Shown: positions 36,320-45,653 of the stretch, one piece after another
Layout: every line of letters starts with the position of its first letter
How positions within the stretch are numbered: the stretch's first letter is position 1
From: Escherichia phage vB_EcoM-UFV11
DNA: 64,000 bases
Sequence record: OP555982.1
Direction: 5' to 3' (one strand)
Translations under genes and position numbers: made by a program
Notes under the pieces: generated by a model
Seen by the model: only the letters and a program-made list of their open reading frames with translations
Database searches by the model: none
Told to the model about the DNA's origin: nothing

Positions 36320-36433
36320 ATTAATACCTACTCCAACAATCATGATGTCTTCACACGAAATTAAGAGAAGAGTGATCAGTTCAACCCCTATAATCGCGTC
36401 AAGTAGATATTAATGTGACAGTTGTCACAAATT

Positions 36434-36508
36434 TGGCGGACGTGATAGGATTCGAACCTATAACCAATCGCTTAACAGGCGATCGCTCTGCCATTGAGCT
36501 ACACATCC
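36434..36508 (-). tRNA. tRNA-Asn (anticodon GUU)
   Basis: acceptor GGATGTG/CACGTCC, T-loop GGTTCGAATCC, anticodon loop CTGTTAA, encoded CCA. Confidence 0.75.
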
Positions 36509-36512
36509 AAAT

Positions 36513-36599
36513 TGGTGGGGAGTGATGGAGTCGAACCACCCGAGTCGCAATGACAATGAATTTACAGTCCACACCGCTACCTCTACGGGATAACTCCCC
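36513..36599 (-). tRNA. tRNA-Tyr (anticodon GUA), class II with long variable arm
   Basis: 87 nt; acceptor GGGGAGT/ACTCCCC, anticodon loop CTGTAAA, T-loop GGTTCGACTCC, encoded CCA; anticodon stem has G-U pairs. Confidence 0.6.
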
Positions 36600-36605
36600 T
36601 TAATT

Positions 36606-36680
36606 TGGTGGCCCTGGGTGGAATTGAACCACCATCTGGCGATTATGAGTCGCTTGCTTGAACCTTCCAGCTACAGGGCC
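36606..36680 (-). tRNA. tRNA with CAU anticodon (Met, or Ile if position 34 is modified)
   Basis: acceptor GGCCCTG/CAGGGCC, anticodon loop CTCATAA, T-loop GGTTCAATTCC, encoded CCA. Confidence 0.7.
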
Positions 36681-36681
36681 T

Positions 36682-36757
36682 TGGTGCTGATTGACGGAAT
36701 CGAACCGCCGACATCCTCATTACAAGTGAGGTGCTCTACCTACTGAGCTAAATCAGC
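36682..36757 (-). tRNA. tRNA-Thr (anticodon UGU)
   Basis: acceptor GCTGATT/AATCAGC, anticodon loop CTTGTAA, T-loop GGTTCGATTCC, encoded CCA. Confidence 0.8.
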
Positions 36758-36762
36758 AAAGC

Positions 36763-36852
36763 TGGCGGAGGCGATAGGATTTGAACCTATGAATCGCCGG
36801 AGCGACTGCCGGTTTTCAAGACCGGTGCATTAAACCACTCTGCCACGCCTCC
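36763..36852 (-). tRNA. tRNA-Ser (anticodon UGA), class II
   Basis: 90 nt; acceptor GGAGGCG/CGCCTCC, anticodon loop CTTGAAA, long variable arm, T-loop GGTTCAAATCC. Confidence 0.8.
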
Positions 36853-36854
36853 AG

Positions 36855-36928
36855 TCTCCATACAAGGATTTGAACCTTGGACCTCCTGATCCCAAATCAG
36901 GCGCTCTACCAAACTGAGCTACACGGAG
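36855..36928 (-). tRNA. tRNA-Pro (anticodon UGG)
   Basis: anticodon loop TTTGGGA, T-loop GGTTCAAATCC; CCA not encoded. Confidence 0.75.
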
Positions 36929-36938
36929 TAAATTAAAT

Positions 36939-37012
<74 letters not shown>

Positions 37013-37017
37013 AAATT

Positions 37018-37104
37018 TGGTGCGAGAAGTGGGACTCGAACCCACAAGGAAATCATTCCGCAGCATTTTAAGTGCTGTGCCTTTACCAATTTGACCATTC
37101 TCGC
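37018..37104 (-). tRNA. tRNA-Leu (anticodon UAA), class II
   Basis: 87 nt; acceptor GCGAGAA/TTCTCGC, anticodon loop CTTAAAA, long variable arm, T-loop GGTTCGAGTCC. Confidence 0.8.
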
Positions 37105-37105
37105 G

Positions 37106-37178
37106 CTGGGAATAAAGGATTCGAACCTTTGCATCTAGCAGTCAAAGTGCTATGCCTTACCAACTTGGCTAATTCCCA
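37106..37178 (-). tRNA. tRNA-Gln (anticodon UUG)
   Basis: acceptor TGGGAAT/ATTCCCA, anticodon loop CTTTGAC, T-loop GGTTCGAATCC. Confidence 0.75.
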
Positions 37179-37264
37179 ATTATTAACAAAGGCTCTTTAG
37201 CAAGAACCCTTGATGATAGAGGGTATTAATCAGTGCGGTATGAGTTAATAATAACAAATAATTC

Positions 37265-37789
37265 TTAAAGCAAATTAAACATTTTAACAGTCGGCAAAAC
37301 AATTTCTTTTTCTATATAAGAGTATTTAACACTCTCAACTACACGCAAAAAATCATAATCATAATACTCAGAAGCACTGCCTAAAATATTAATAAGTCCT
37401 TCAAGCACTTTATTACCATTCACAAAGAATAAGTCAAATACACGTTCTTCGTCTTCTTCGGATTTATTACCAAGGTCAACTTCTATGTCAAAGACCTTTT
37501 TAATGAATTCTGGATAAAGTTGTTCTGAGAACAGTCCTTCAACCAAGTATTCATAAATAAAAAGCGATTGCTCGCTGAACAAGCCATTACCACAATAACG
37601 TTCAGCTTTAGTACTAGAATGTCTGCTTTTAAACTTCTTTAAAAGATATTGGAATTGTAAGATTTCATGCTCTTCTACGCCAAACAGTGTTTTAGTTTTA
37701 TAGTTGTCACCATCATTTTCCCAGGTAGTGACATCAATTACGTAACCCTGTGGAATTGTAGTACCTAAACAAATATTCATTTTCACCAC
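37265..37789 (-). CDS. hypothetical protein
   Basis: 174-aa ORF upstream of tRNA cluster. Confidence 0.55.
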   Translation of the reverse strand: MVKMNICLGTTIPQGYVIDVTTWENDGDNYKTKTLFGVEEHEILQFQYLLKKFKSRHSSTKAERYCGNGLFSEQSLFIYEYLVEGLFSEQLYPEFIKKVFDIEVDLGNKSEEDEERVFDLFFVNGNKVLEGLINILGSASEYYDYDFLRVVESVKYSYIEKEIVLPTVKMFNLL

Positions 37790-38073
37790 GCTGCATTAAT
37801 ATACGTTTTCTGAATGCATTCAAGACCTAAAGGATTCTTGAAAATATCATATTCAAGAGGACCTTTTTCTGTTTCAATAAAGAAATCAAAATTTACTGTA
37901 TTAAATTTACGGTCTTCCTTCACTAATTTAACTTGAGAAGATGAACGGTCAACATAAACCTTTTCAACTTCAAAACATGTTAAAACGCCATAATCATCAA
38001 TCAAGGCTTTAGCCGCGTCTTGATCATATTTATATCCATTTTCAATGGATGATACTTTCGCATAAAGAATCAT
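37783..38073 (-). CDS. hypothetical protein
   Basis: 96-aa ORF. Confidence 0.55.
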   Translation of the reverse strand: MILYAKVSSIENGYKYDQDAAKALIDDYGVLTCFEVEKVYVDRSSSQVKLVKEDRKFNTVNFDFFIETEKGPLEYDIFKNPLGLECIQKTYINAAW

Positions 38074-38075
38074 TA

Positions 38076-38480
38076 TTAACCTTTATCAACAATAGTATGT
38101 GTATGGGCATTTACGATTTGCCACCAGTCAAAACTATCGCCAAATCGTTTTGATTTATTGTCTTCAATAATTTGGCGTAATTCATCTTCTGTTTCAGCAT
38201 ACGCAATCAAATCATCATATCCACCGCAAGGATAGTAATTATCGCCTGCGAACAAAAGAAAATTTACTTTAGATGGGTCTACATAATAATGCTCTTTAGG
38301 ATATTTAGTTCCTTTCCAATCAGTTACTTCAACATAACGATAAGAAAATCCATTTTTACTTTCAACCCAACTCCACGCTTCAAAAGGAGTATTAAAAACT
38401 CTATCAGGTATTAAATTACCTTCAAAATGAGAAGGATTTGCATAATCCCCAGCATAAACATAATATTCGTTAATATTCAT
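38076..38480 (-). CDS. hypothetical protein
   Basis: 134-aa ORF, Tyr/Trp-rich. Confidence 0.55.
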   Translation of the reverse strand: MNINEYYVYAGDYANPSHFEGNLIPDRVFNTPFEAWSWVESKNGFSYRYVEVTDWKGTKYPKEHYYVDPSKVNFLLFAGDNYYPCGGYDDLIAYAETEDELRQIIEDNKSKRFGDSFDWWQIVNAHTHTIVDKG

Positions 38481-38666
38481 TTATTCACCTTTAGAAATTT
38501 TATCCATAACAATAGCGATTAAACCAATTAAAAATGCTACTACAAGTGAAAAAACATTTTCTGCTGTAGTCAATAATCCGCATATAAATCCAACAAACAT
38601 TGAAAAACTAAAAGCGGAAGCAGAAATTGCAATAGCAACATTTCGAATTAATTCACAACGTTTCAT
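38481..38666 (-). CDS. small membrane protein
   Basis: 61 aa, two hydrophobic helices; first gene after early promoter 38695-38724. Confidence 0.5.
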   Translation of the reverse strand: MKRCELIRNVAIAISASAFSFSMFVGFICGLLTTAENVFSLVVAFLIGLIAIVMDKISKGE

Positions 38667-38694
38667 TTTATTCTCCTCGGTAGTTGATAGGGTA

Positions 38695-38724
38695 ATAGTA
38701 TCACAACTAAAACCCTATGTAAAC
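38695..38724 (-). promoter_or_regulatory. T4-type early promoter (GTTTAC-N18-TACTAT)
   Basis: GTTTAC 38724..38719, TACTAT 38700..38695. Confidence 0.55.
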
Positions 38725-38742
38725 AACTTTGTGAAATATTTA

Positions 38743-39027
38743 TTACAAAAGATTTTTAGCAATAATTTTAAGCTGAGCTACTGAAATATGCTTGGCTTTA
38801 AACAAAGCAGTTTCTTCAGCAGGGGAGATAACGATTGTAGCACCATCTTTCTTAGCGGACCATCCATCACCCAGGTAAACAGTACCTTTGACTTCTTCGC
38901 CATCAACCAGGCTAATCATCGGTTTACCTTCACGTCCTTTGTTTGCTTTAATAACTTCAGAAGTAAGGGTCGCTTCAGTCAAAGTAGAAGCGTTAGTGGT
39001 TGAAGTGAATTCTTGATAAGTTTTCAT
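38743..39027 (-). CDS. internal protein at the ipI locus (capsid-targeting leader)
   Basis: 94 aa; N-terminus MKTYQEF; located between 57B and tRNA region as T4 ipI. Confidence 0.65.
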   Translation of the reverse strand: MKTYQEFTSTTNASTLTEATLTSEVIKANKGREGKPMISLVDGEEVKGTVYLGDGWSAKKDGATIVISPAEETALFKAKHISVAQLKIIAKNLL

Positions 39028-39057
39028 TTTATTTTCCTAATTAATTTTGATGAGGTA

Positions 39058-39087
39058 ATAGTATCACTACCTCATCAGCATGTAAAC
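39058..39087 (-). promoter_or_regulatory. T4-type early promoter (GTTTAC-N18-TACTAT) flanked by a 10-bp inverted repeat
   Basis: GTTTAC 39087..39082, TACTAT 39063..39058; tgatgaggta / tacctcatca inverted repeat brackets the -10. Confidence 0.5.
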
Positions 39088-39099
39088 AACTTTGTGAAA

Positions 39100-39796
<697 letters not shown>

Positions 39797-39797
<1 letters not shown>

Positions 39798-40510
39798 TAT
39801 AGTACCTTTAGTGTATTTTTAATTTTAGAAAAAAGTTCTTCAAGAGAACCATCGTTTGTAATTACTAAATCGCCATCACGAATTGGCAATCCAGCTTCTG
39901 TAATATGTGTATCATTGGATTTTTGACCAGGACGAACTACATGAATTACTGTAGCACCCATCGCCCTAGCCGCATCCATTTCATGATCTTGACGAGTATC
40001 AGGAACGATATAATAATCATAACCTGAGTTAAATTTATCAAGATAATCTAAAGCAAATAATTTTACCCAATACATGCGGTCGAAGTTATTAACAATCAAA
40101 TCCGTACCTAGGGCTTGCATCAGACGACGGACTGACCATTGATCTTCAATATTATTTATAACGTCAGCAATCTTGTTAAATGCTACGAAATTAACTGCGT
40201 CATCAAAAACAAACACACCTTTAATTGGGCTTTTACCATTAAGATAGCAAAATGCTTGTTCCATAATCGTGATTACTTCTAATTTAGTCAGATTTAAATT
40301 AGTCTCACGATCATAGTCAATTCCTTCAAACTCTTTACGAGTTAAGCAAGGATAGCCAGTGTTTGCTGCAAATACACCCCATGCATAAGCCAATGCATCC
40401 TTAATAGGACCAGCAAGTTGGTATTTAACTGCAGAATAATTGCTCATGATAAAATCAGCAGTAGTATCTTTTCCACTACGCTTTACACCACTTAAAAAGA
40501 TTAGTTTCAT
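39797..40510 (-). CDS. 1: deoxynucleoside monophosphate kinase gp1
   Basis: 237 aa from MKLIFLSGVKRSGKDT (P-loop); ORF-track TTG extension probably not used. Confidence 0.85.
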
Positions 40511-40559
40511 GTGTTTCTCCTCAAATTTAATTAAGATTATAACACACAAAACTGAAGCA

Positions 40560-41087
40560 TTAAACTTCTGCTATAATTTTTCCATCTTTTTCTACTTGAA
40601 AATAGGTGTAAGGAATCGTTGCAGTACATACTAAAGCCGGGTCTGAATCTTCCGTATAGCTAAATTCTACTTCAGATAGGTCAGAAACCCAAGGCTTATA
40701 AAAATTTATTGACATCACGATTTCAGTTTTGCTATTATCTAAGATGTAAAGCGTAATGTACTCAGGACCTGTTTTTTGGGCAGTATTTTCACCTGTAAGA
40801 TAGTTGCTAGTTCCTAGCATCCATTCATACATTCCTATCCATGACTTAAGTTCTTCATCAACTATAAATCTCACAATGAGTGGATCATACTCAAATGTAA
40901 CACCTGGACGTTGTGCTCGGCCCAGTCCAAACGGCCCAGTCACGGTATCAGTAACAGGTATCCTAATTCCCGGAATAGGAACTGACTGAGCATTTAAAGT
41001 AAAAGCAGATGTAGTATTACTATGCGGTATTGATACTACAAAGTTAGTTGTATTTGCTTGGTTAAAAATTTGTTGTAGTGCTTGCGA
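40560..41087 (-). CDS. 3: tail completion / tail tube terminator gp3
   Basis: about 175 aa from MSQALQQIF; gene order 1-3-2-4. Confidence 0.8.
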   Translation of the reverse strand, partial: SQALQQIFNQANTTNFVVSIPHSNTTSAFTLNAQSVPIPGIRIPVTDTVTGPFGLGRAQRPGVTFEYDPLIVRFIVDEELKSWIGMYEWMLGTSNYLTGENTAQKTGPEYITLYILDNSKTEIVMSINFYKPWVSDLSEVEFSYTEDSDPALVCTATIPYTYFQVEKDGKIIAEV

Positions 41088-41196
41088 CATATATTCCTCA
41101 TAATGCTTCATAAATGTTGGTGGTATAATGGGTCTAAGTCCCTTCCATTCAATTCCAATTAGAACAAACAATAGAAAAGAATGGAAGATAATAGAA

Positions 41197-42021
41197 TTAA
41201 ATATTTGACCAGACTTTGTTTGCAGAGAAACGTTTTCCTTTTGAAACGAACTGCTGAAGTGGCATCAACACAACGTTCGCCCAGTCTTTCGGGGCGATTT
41301 CAACAAGGCTACCCATAATATTACCGGGTATATATGCCTTAATCATTTGGTCTGCACCCCTAAATCCTTTCACTTGACTCCAATCAATTTTTAATTTCGT
41401 TTTATTAGTAATAGTAGGTGTATTTGAGTATTGCTTTAAAAGCTCTTCTAGAAATTGCTGACGAGCTTTAGGTGGAATATAGTGCAAGTTTAATCCGTAC
41501 ATTAAATTATGCTTACCTAAACCAAGGTAAATTATCAAAGGAAATTTATCCCAGTAAGGAAGAGTTTCCTTGTGTTTAGCATCATAAGCAAAAGCATATA
41601 TTCGTCCCGGCTGCGGGCGAACAACTTTATGTCCTTTTACTTGCTTAATAGTTTCAGCAAACCATTTTCTGGTTTTATTATTAATTGCTGCGCCTTCATT
41701 ACGAATTTTATCACGCAATGTTTGTCTGAATGAATTTATCATAAGCAGTTGTCTTTCTTGCTTATTGAGCTTATTCATTGGTTTTGATTCAAGCTTTTGA
41801 ATCTTTTCAGCTGTTTTAATTCCTGAAGCATATTTTGACATTGCCGAAGTAAACGTAGAGTATTTGATTCCTCTTTCTTCAGCAAATTGTTTTCCTGTCA
41901 TTCCTTTTGCTTTGGCCTTTTTATATTCAAGACCTATTTGAATCCATTTCTTTTCGTTTAATGATTGCTTAACCTTTGGAACTTGGGGAGTGCTTTCATT
42001 AATTATTTGAAAAATAGCCAT
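41197..42021 (-). CDS. 2: DNA end-protector protein gp2
   Basis: 274 aa, length and order as T4 gp2. Confidence 0.85.
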   Translation of the reverse strand: MAIFQIINESTPQVPKVKQSLNEKKWIQIGLEYKKAKAKGMTGKQFAEERGIKYSTFTSAMSKYASGIKTAEKIQKLESKPMNKLNKQERQLLMINSFRQTLRDKIRNEGAAINNKTRKWFAETIKQVKGHKVVRPQPGRIYAFAYDAKHKETLPYWDKFPLIIYLGLGKHNLMYGLNLHYIPPKARQQFLEELLKQYSNTPTITNKTKLKIDWSQVKGFRGADQMIKAYIPGNIMGSLVEIAPKDWANVVLMPLQQFVSKGKRFSANKVWSNI

Positions 42022-42473
42022 TATGCCCCCTTAAAGCCAAGAGCTCGTAATCCATCTTCTGTTAGAATTCTAAATTTTATTCCACGCTTTTCAGCTAAAG
42101 CTTGCGCTGCTTTCCATTTGTCAGTGTTCACAGACCAGGTATAAATTTCATTCATAAATCTTTTCTTCGCTGCGGTTGTTAGATGTGCTGGTTTAACTGG
42201 TGGTTGTGTTTCTTTTTTAGGCTTTATTTCAATAAAAAATTCTTGTCCAGAAGAATCTTTCATCCAAATATCCATGAAGTATCTACGTTTTTTCCCTTCG
42301 GCATTACAAAAATAAGGAATTACTGCTGTTTCACTACCCCATGCAATAATTTCTGGATTTTTATCTAACCATTCAAAAAAGAATTTTTCCCAATTTGATC
42401 TATACGTAATTTTTTTAGGGTCACCTCTATACTTTGATATATTTTTAGGAACCCATTTTCCAGAATATGCCAT
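42021..42473 (-). CDS. 4: head completion protein gp4
   Basis: 150 aa; TAATG coupling with gene 2; late promoter upstream. Confidence 0.85.
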   Translation of the reverse strand: MAYSGKWVPKNISKYRGDPKKITYRSNWEKFFFEWLDKNPEIIAWGSETAVIPYFCNAEGKKRRYFMDIWMKDSSGQEFFIEIKPKKETQPPVKPAHLTTAAKKRFMNEIYTWSVNTDKWKAAQALAEKRGIKFRILTEDGLRALGFKGA

Positions 42474-42484
42474 TGGATTCTCCT

Positions 42485-42492
42485 TATAAATA
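42485..42492 (+). promoter_or_regulatory. T4 late promoter TATAAATA for gene 53
   Basis: exact TATAAATA 29 nt upstream of the gene 53 ATG, followed by AGGAGG. Confidence 0.65.
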
Positions 42493-42499
42493 GATAATA

Positions 42500-42507
42500 T
42501 ATTTATA
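42500..42507 (-). promoter_or_regulatory. T4 late promoter TATAAATA for genes 4-2-3 (divergent from the gene 53 promoter)
   Basis: exact TATAAATA on minus strand about 27 nt upstream of the gene 4 ATG. Confidence 0.65.
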
Positions 42508-42520
42508 AACAGGAGGGCCC

Positions 42521-43111
42521 ATGCTCTTTACATTTTTTGATCCGATTGAATATGCGGCCAAAACGGTGAATAAAAACGCGCCGACTATTCCTATGACAGA
42601 TATTTTTAGAAACTATAAAGACTATTTCAAACGTGCTCTTGCGGGATACCGCTTACGTACTTATTATATTAAAGGTTCACCTCGTCCCGAAGAATTAGCA
42701 AATACTATATATGGAAATCCACAGTTGTATTGGGTTTTATTGATGTGTAATGATAATTATGATCCATATTATGGATGGATTACTTCACAAGAAGCTGCTT
42801 ATCAAGCATCTATACAAAAATACAAAAACGTAGGTGGAGACCAAATAGTATATCATGTAAATGAGAACGGTGAAAAATTTTATAATTTAGTATCATACGA
42901 TGATAATCCATATGTTTGGTATGACAAAGGTGATAAAGCTAGAAAATATCCTCAATATGAAGGAGCACTTGCTGCTGTTAATACGTATGAAGCTGCTGTT
43001 CTTGAAAATGAAAAACTTCGTCAAATAAAAATAATAGCAAAATCAGACATCAATTCATTTATGAACGACCTTATACGTATAATGGAGAAATCTTATGGAA
43101 ATGATAAGTAA
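42521..43111 (+). CDS. 53: baseplate wedge protein gp53
   Basis: 196 aa; first gene of the plus-strand late block. Confidence 0.85.
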   Translation: MLFTFFDPIEYAAKTVNKNAPTIPMTDIFRNYKDYFKRALAGYRLRTYYIKGSPRPEELANTIYGNPQLYWVLLMCNDNYDPYYGWITSQEAAYQASIQKYKNVGGDQIVYHVNENGEKFYNLVSYDDNPYVWYDKGDKARKYPQYEGALAAVNTYEAAVLENEKLRQIKIIAKSDINSFMNDLIRIMEKSYGNDK

Positions 43112-44822
43112 TAACCTTAATTGGTTTGTTGGTGTTGTTGAAGATAGAATGGACCCATTAAAATTAGGTCGTGTTCGTGTTCGTGTGGTTGGTCTGCATC
43201 CACCACAAAGAGCACAAGGTGATGTAATGGGTATTCCAACTGAAAAATTGCCATGGATGTCAGTTATTCAGCCTATAACTTCGGCAGCTATGTCTGGAAT
43301 TGGAGGTTCCGTTACTGGACCGGTAGAAGGAACTAGAGTTTATGGTCATTTTTTGGACAAATGGAAAACTAATGGAATTGTTCTTGGCACGTATGGTGGA
43401 ATAGTTCGCGAAAAACCGAATAGACTTGAAGGATTTTCTGACCCGACTGGGCAATATCCTAGACGTTTAGGAAATGATACTAACGTACTAAACCAAGGCG
43501 GAGAAGTAGGATATGATTCGTCTTCTAACATTATCCAAGATAGTAACTTAGACACTGCAATAAATCCTGATGATAGACCACTATCAGAGATTCCAACTGA
43601 TGATAATCCAAATATGTCAATGGCTGAAATGCTTCGCCGTGATGAAGGATTAAGACTAAAAGTTTATTGGGATACCGAAGGATATCCGACAATTGGTATT
43701 GGTCATCTTATCATGAAGCAGCCAGTTCGTGATATGGCTCAAATTAATAAAGTTTTATCGAAACAAGTTGGTCGTGAAATTACTGGAAACCCAGGTTCTA
43801 TTACAATGGAAGAAGCGGTAACTTTATTTGAACGCGATTTGGCTGATATGCAACGTGACATTAAATCACATTCTAAAGTAGGACCAGTCTGGCAAGCTGT
43901 CAACCGTTCTCGTCAAATGGCATTAGAAAATATGGCATTTCAGATGGGTGTTGGCGGTGTAGCTAAATTTAACACAATGTTAACTGCTATGTTAGCAGGA
44001 GATTGGGAAAAAGCATATAAAGCTGGTCGTGATTCATTGTGGTATCAACAAACAAAAGGCCGTGCATCCCGTGTTACCATGATTATTCTTACGGGGAATT
44101 TGGAATCATATGGTGTTGAAGTGAAAACTCCAGCTAGGTCTTTGTCGGCAATGGCTGCTACTGTGGCGAAGTCTTCTGATCCAGCTGACCCTCCTATTCC
44201 AAATGACTCAAGAATTTTATTCAAAGAACCAGTTTCTTCATATAAAGGCGAATATCCTTATGTGCATACAATGGAAACTGAAAGTGGACATATTCAGGAA
44301 TTTGATGATACCCCTGGGCAAGAACGATATAGATTAGTTCATCCAACTGGAACTTATGAAGAAGTATCACCGTCAGGGAGAAGAACAAGAAAAACTGTTG
44401 ATAATTTGTATGATATAACCAACGCTGATGGTAATTTTTTGGTAGCCGGTGATAAAAAGACTAACGTCGGTGGTTCAGAAATTTATTATAACATGGATAA
44501 TCGTCTTCACCAAATAGATGGAAGCAATACAATATTTGTACGTGGCGATGAAACTAAGACGGTTGAAGGTAATGGAACTATCCTAGTTAAAGGTAATGTT
44601 ACTATTGTAGTTGAAGGTAATGCTGACATTACAGTTAAAGGAGATGCTACTACGTTAGTTGAAGGTAATCAAACTAATACAGTAAATGGAAATCTTTCTT
44701 GGAAAGTTGCTGGGACAGTTGATTGGGACGTTGGTGGTGATTGGACAGAAAAAATGGCATCTATGAGTTCTATTTCATCTGGTCAATACACAATTGATGG
44801 ATCGAGGATTGACATTGGCTAA
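43095..44822 (+). CDS. 5: baseplate hub/central spike protein gp5 with lysozyme domain
   Basis: 575 aa; internal lysozyme domain MAEMLRRDEGLRLKVYWDTEGYPTIGIGHL; C-terminal VxGxxxxx beta-helix repeats. Confidence 0.9.
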   Translation: MEMISNNLNWFVGVVEDRMDPLKLGRVRVRVVGLHPPQRAQGDVMGIPTEKLPWMSVIQPITSAAMSGIGGSVTGPVEGTRVYGHFLDKWKTNGIVLGTYGGIVREKPNRLEGFSDPTGQYPRRLGNDTNVLNQGGEVGYDSSSNIIQDSNLDTAINPDDRPLSEIPTDDNPNMSMAEMLRRDEGLRLKVYWDTEGYPTIGIGHLIMKQPVRDMAQINKVLSKQVGREITGNPGSITMEEAVTLFERDLADMQRDIKSHSKVGPVWQAVNRSRQMALENMAFQMGVGGVAKFNTMLTAMLAGDWEKAYKAGRDSLWYQQTKGRASRVTMIILTGNLESYGVEVKTPARSLSAMAATVAKSSDPADPPIPNDSRILFKEPVSSYKGEYPYVHTMETESGHIQEFDDTPGQERYRLVHPTGTYEEVSPSGRRTRKTVDNLYDITNADGNFLVAGDKKTNVGGSEIYYNMDNRLHQIDGSNTIFVRGDETKTVEGNGTILVKGNVTIVVEGNADITVKGDATTLVEGNQTNTVNGNLSWKVAGTVDWDVGGDWTEKMASMSSISSGQYTIDGSRIDIG

Positions 44823-44832
44823 TATACTTCCA

Positions 44833-45351
44833 ATGAGCGCTGATTTAGGAGAATCCATGGAAGGTTCTTCTATCGACGTCACCTTTACCGCTCAATTAGA
44901 AACAGGTGAAACGTTAGTATCTATAAATATAACTAGTTACGAAGAAACTCCTGGGGTTTTAGTAGAAGAAAGTCGCTTATATGGAACATATGAATCTGTA
45001 TTTGGTTTCGGAAATGACGCGTTGAAATATCGTTTAGGTGATGAATTTAAAACTGCTGCTTCATGGGAAGAACTTCCTACTGATTCTGACACCCAGTTGT
45101 ATTTGTGGAAAGCTCCTCAAAATCTCCAGAAGACATTCACTTACGAAGTAACATTAATATATGACTACCAAGAACAAAGTGAATCTGGAGGTTCTGGCAG
45201 TAATTCTAGGTCATCTTCTGATACTACTGAACCGACAGATCCTCCTGCTCCGGTAAGAAAAACTCTAGTTAAAAATTATACTAAAACTATAGTTGGAAAT
45301 TGGAGTCGTTGGGCTAATAAATTAAGAAGCTATGTGTATGAGAGGTCATAG
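44833..45351 (+). CDS. hypothetical baseplate-region protein (5.1-like)
   Basis: ATG MSADLGE just after the gp5 stop; ORF-track start at 44794 overlaps gp5. Confidence 0.55.
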   Translation: MSADLGESMEGSSIDVTFTAQLETGETLVSINITSYEETPGVLVEESRLYGTYESVFGFGNDALKYRLGDEFKTAASWEELPTDSDTQLYLWKAPQNLQKTFTYEVTLIYDYQEQSESGGSGSNSRSSSDTTEPTDPPAPVRKTLVKNYTKTIVGNWSRWANKLRSYVYERS

Positions 45352-45645
45352 ATGTCAGGATTAAGTTATGATAAATGTGTTACTGCTGGTCATGAAGCAT
45401 GGCCTCCAACAGTTGTGAATGCTACACAAAGTAAAGTATTCACTGGAGGAATTGCTGTTCTAATAGCAGGCGATCCAATTACAGAACATACAGAAATCAA
45501 AAAGCCATATGAAACACATGGCGGAGTGACACAACCTAGAACTTCTAAGGTATATGTCACAGGAAAGAAAGCTGTTCAAATGGCTGATCCAATATCATGC
45601 GGTGATACTGTGGCTCAGGCATCATCTAAAGTATTCATTAAATAG
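45352..45645 (+). CDS. 5.4: spike-tip protein gp5.4 (PAAR-like)
   Basis: 97 aa; length and position as T4 gp5.4. Confidence 0.8.
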   Translation: MSGLSYDKCVTAGHEAWPPTVVNATQSKVFTGGIAVLIAGDPITEHTEIKKPYETHGGVTQPRTSKVYVTGKKAVQMADPISCGDTVAQASSKVFIK

Positions 45646-45653
45646 GATTTAAA

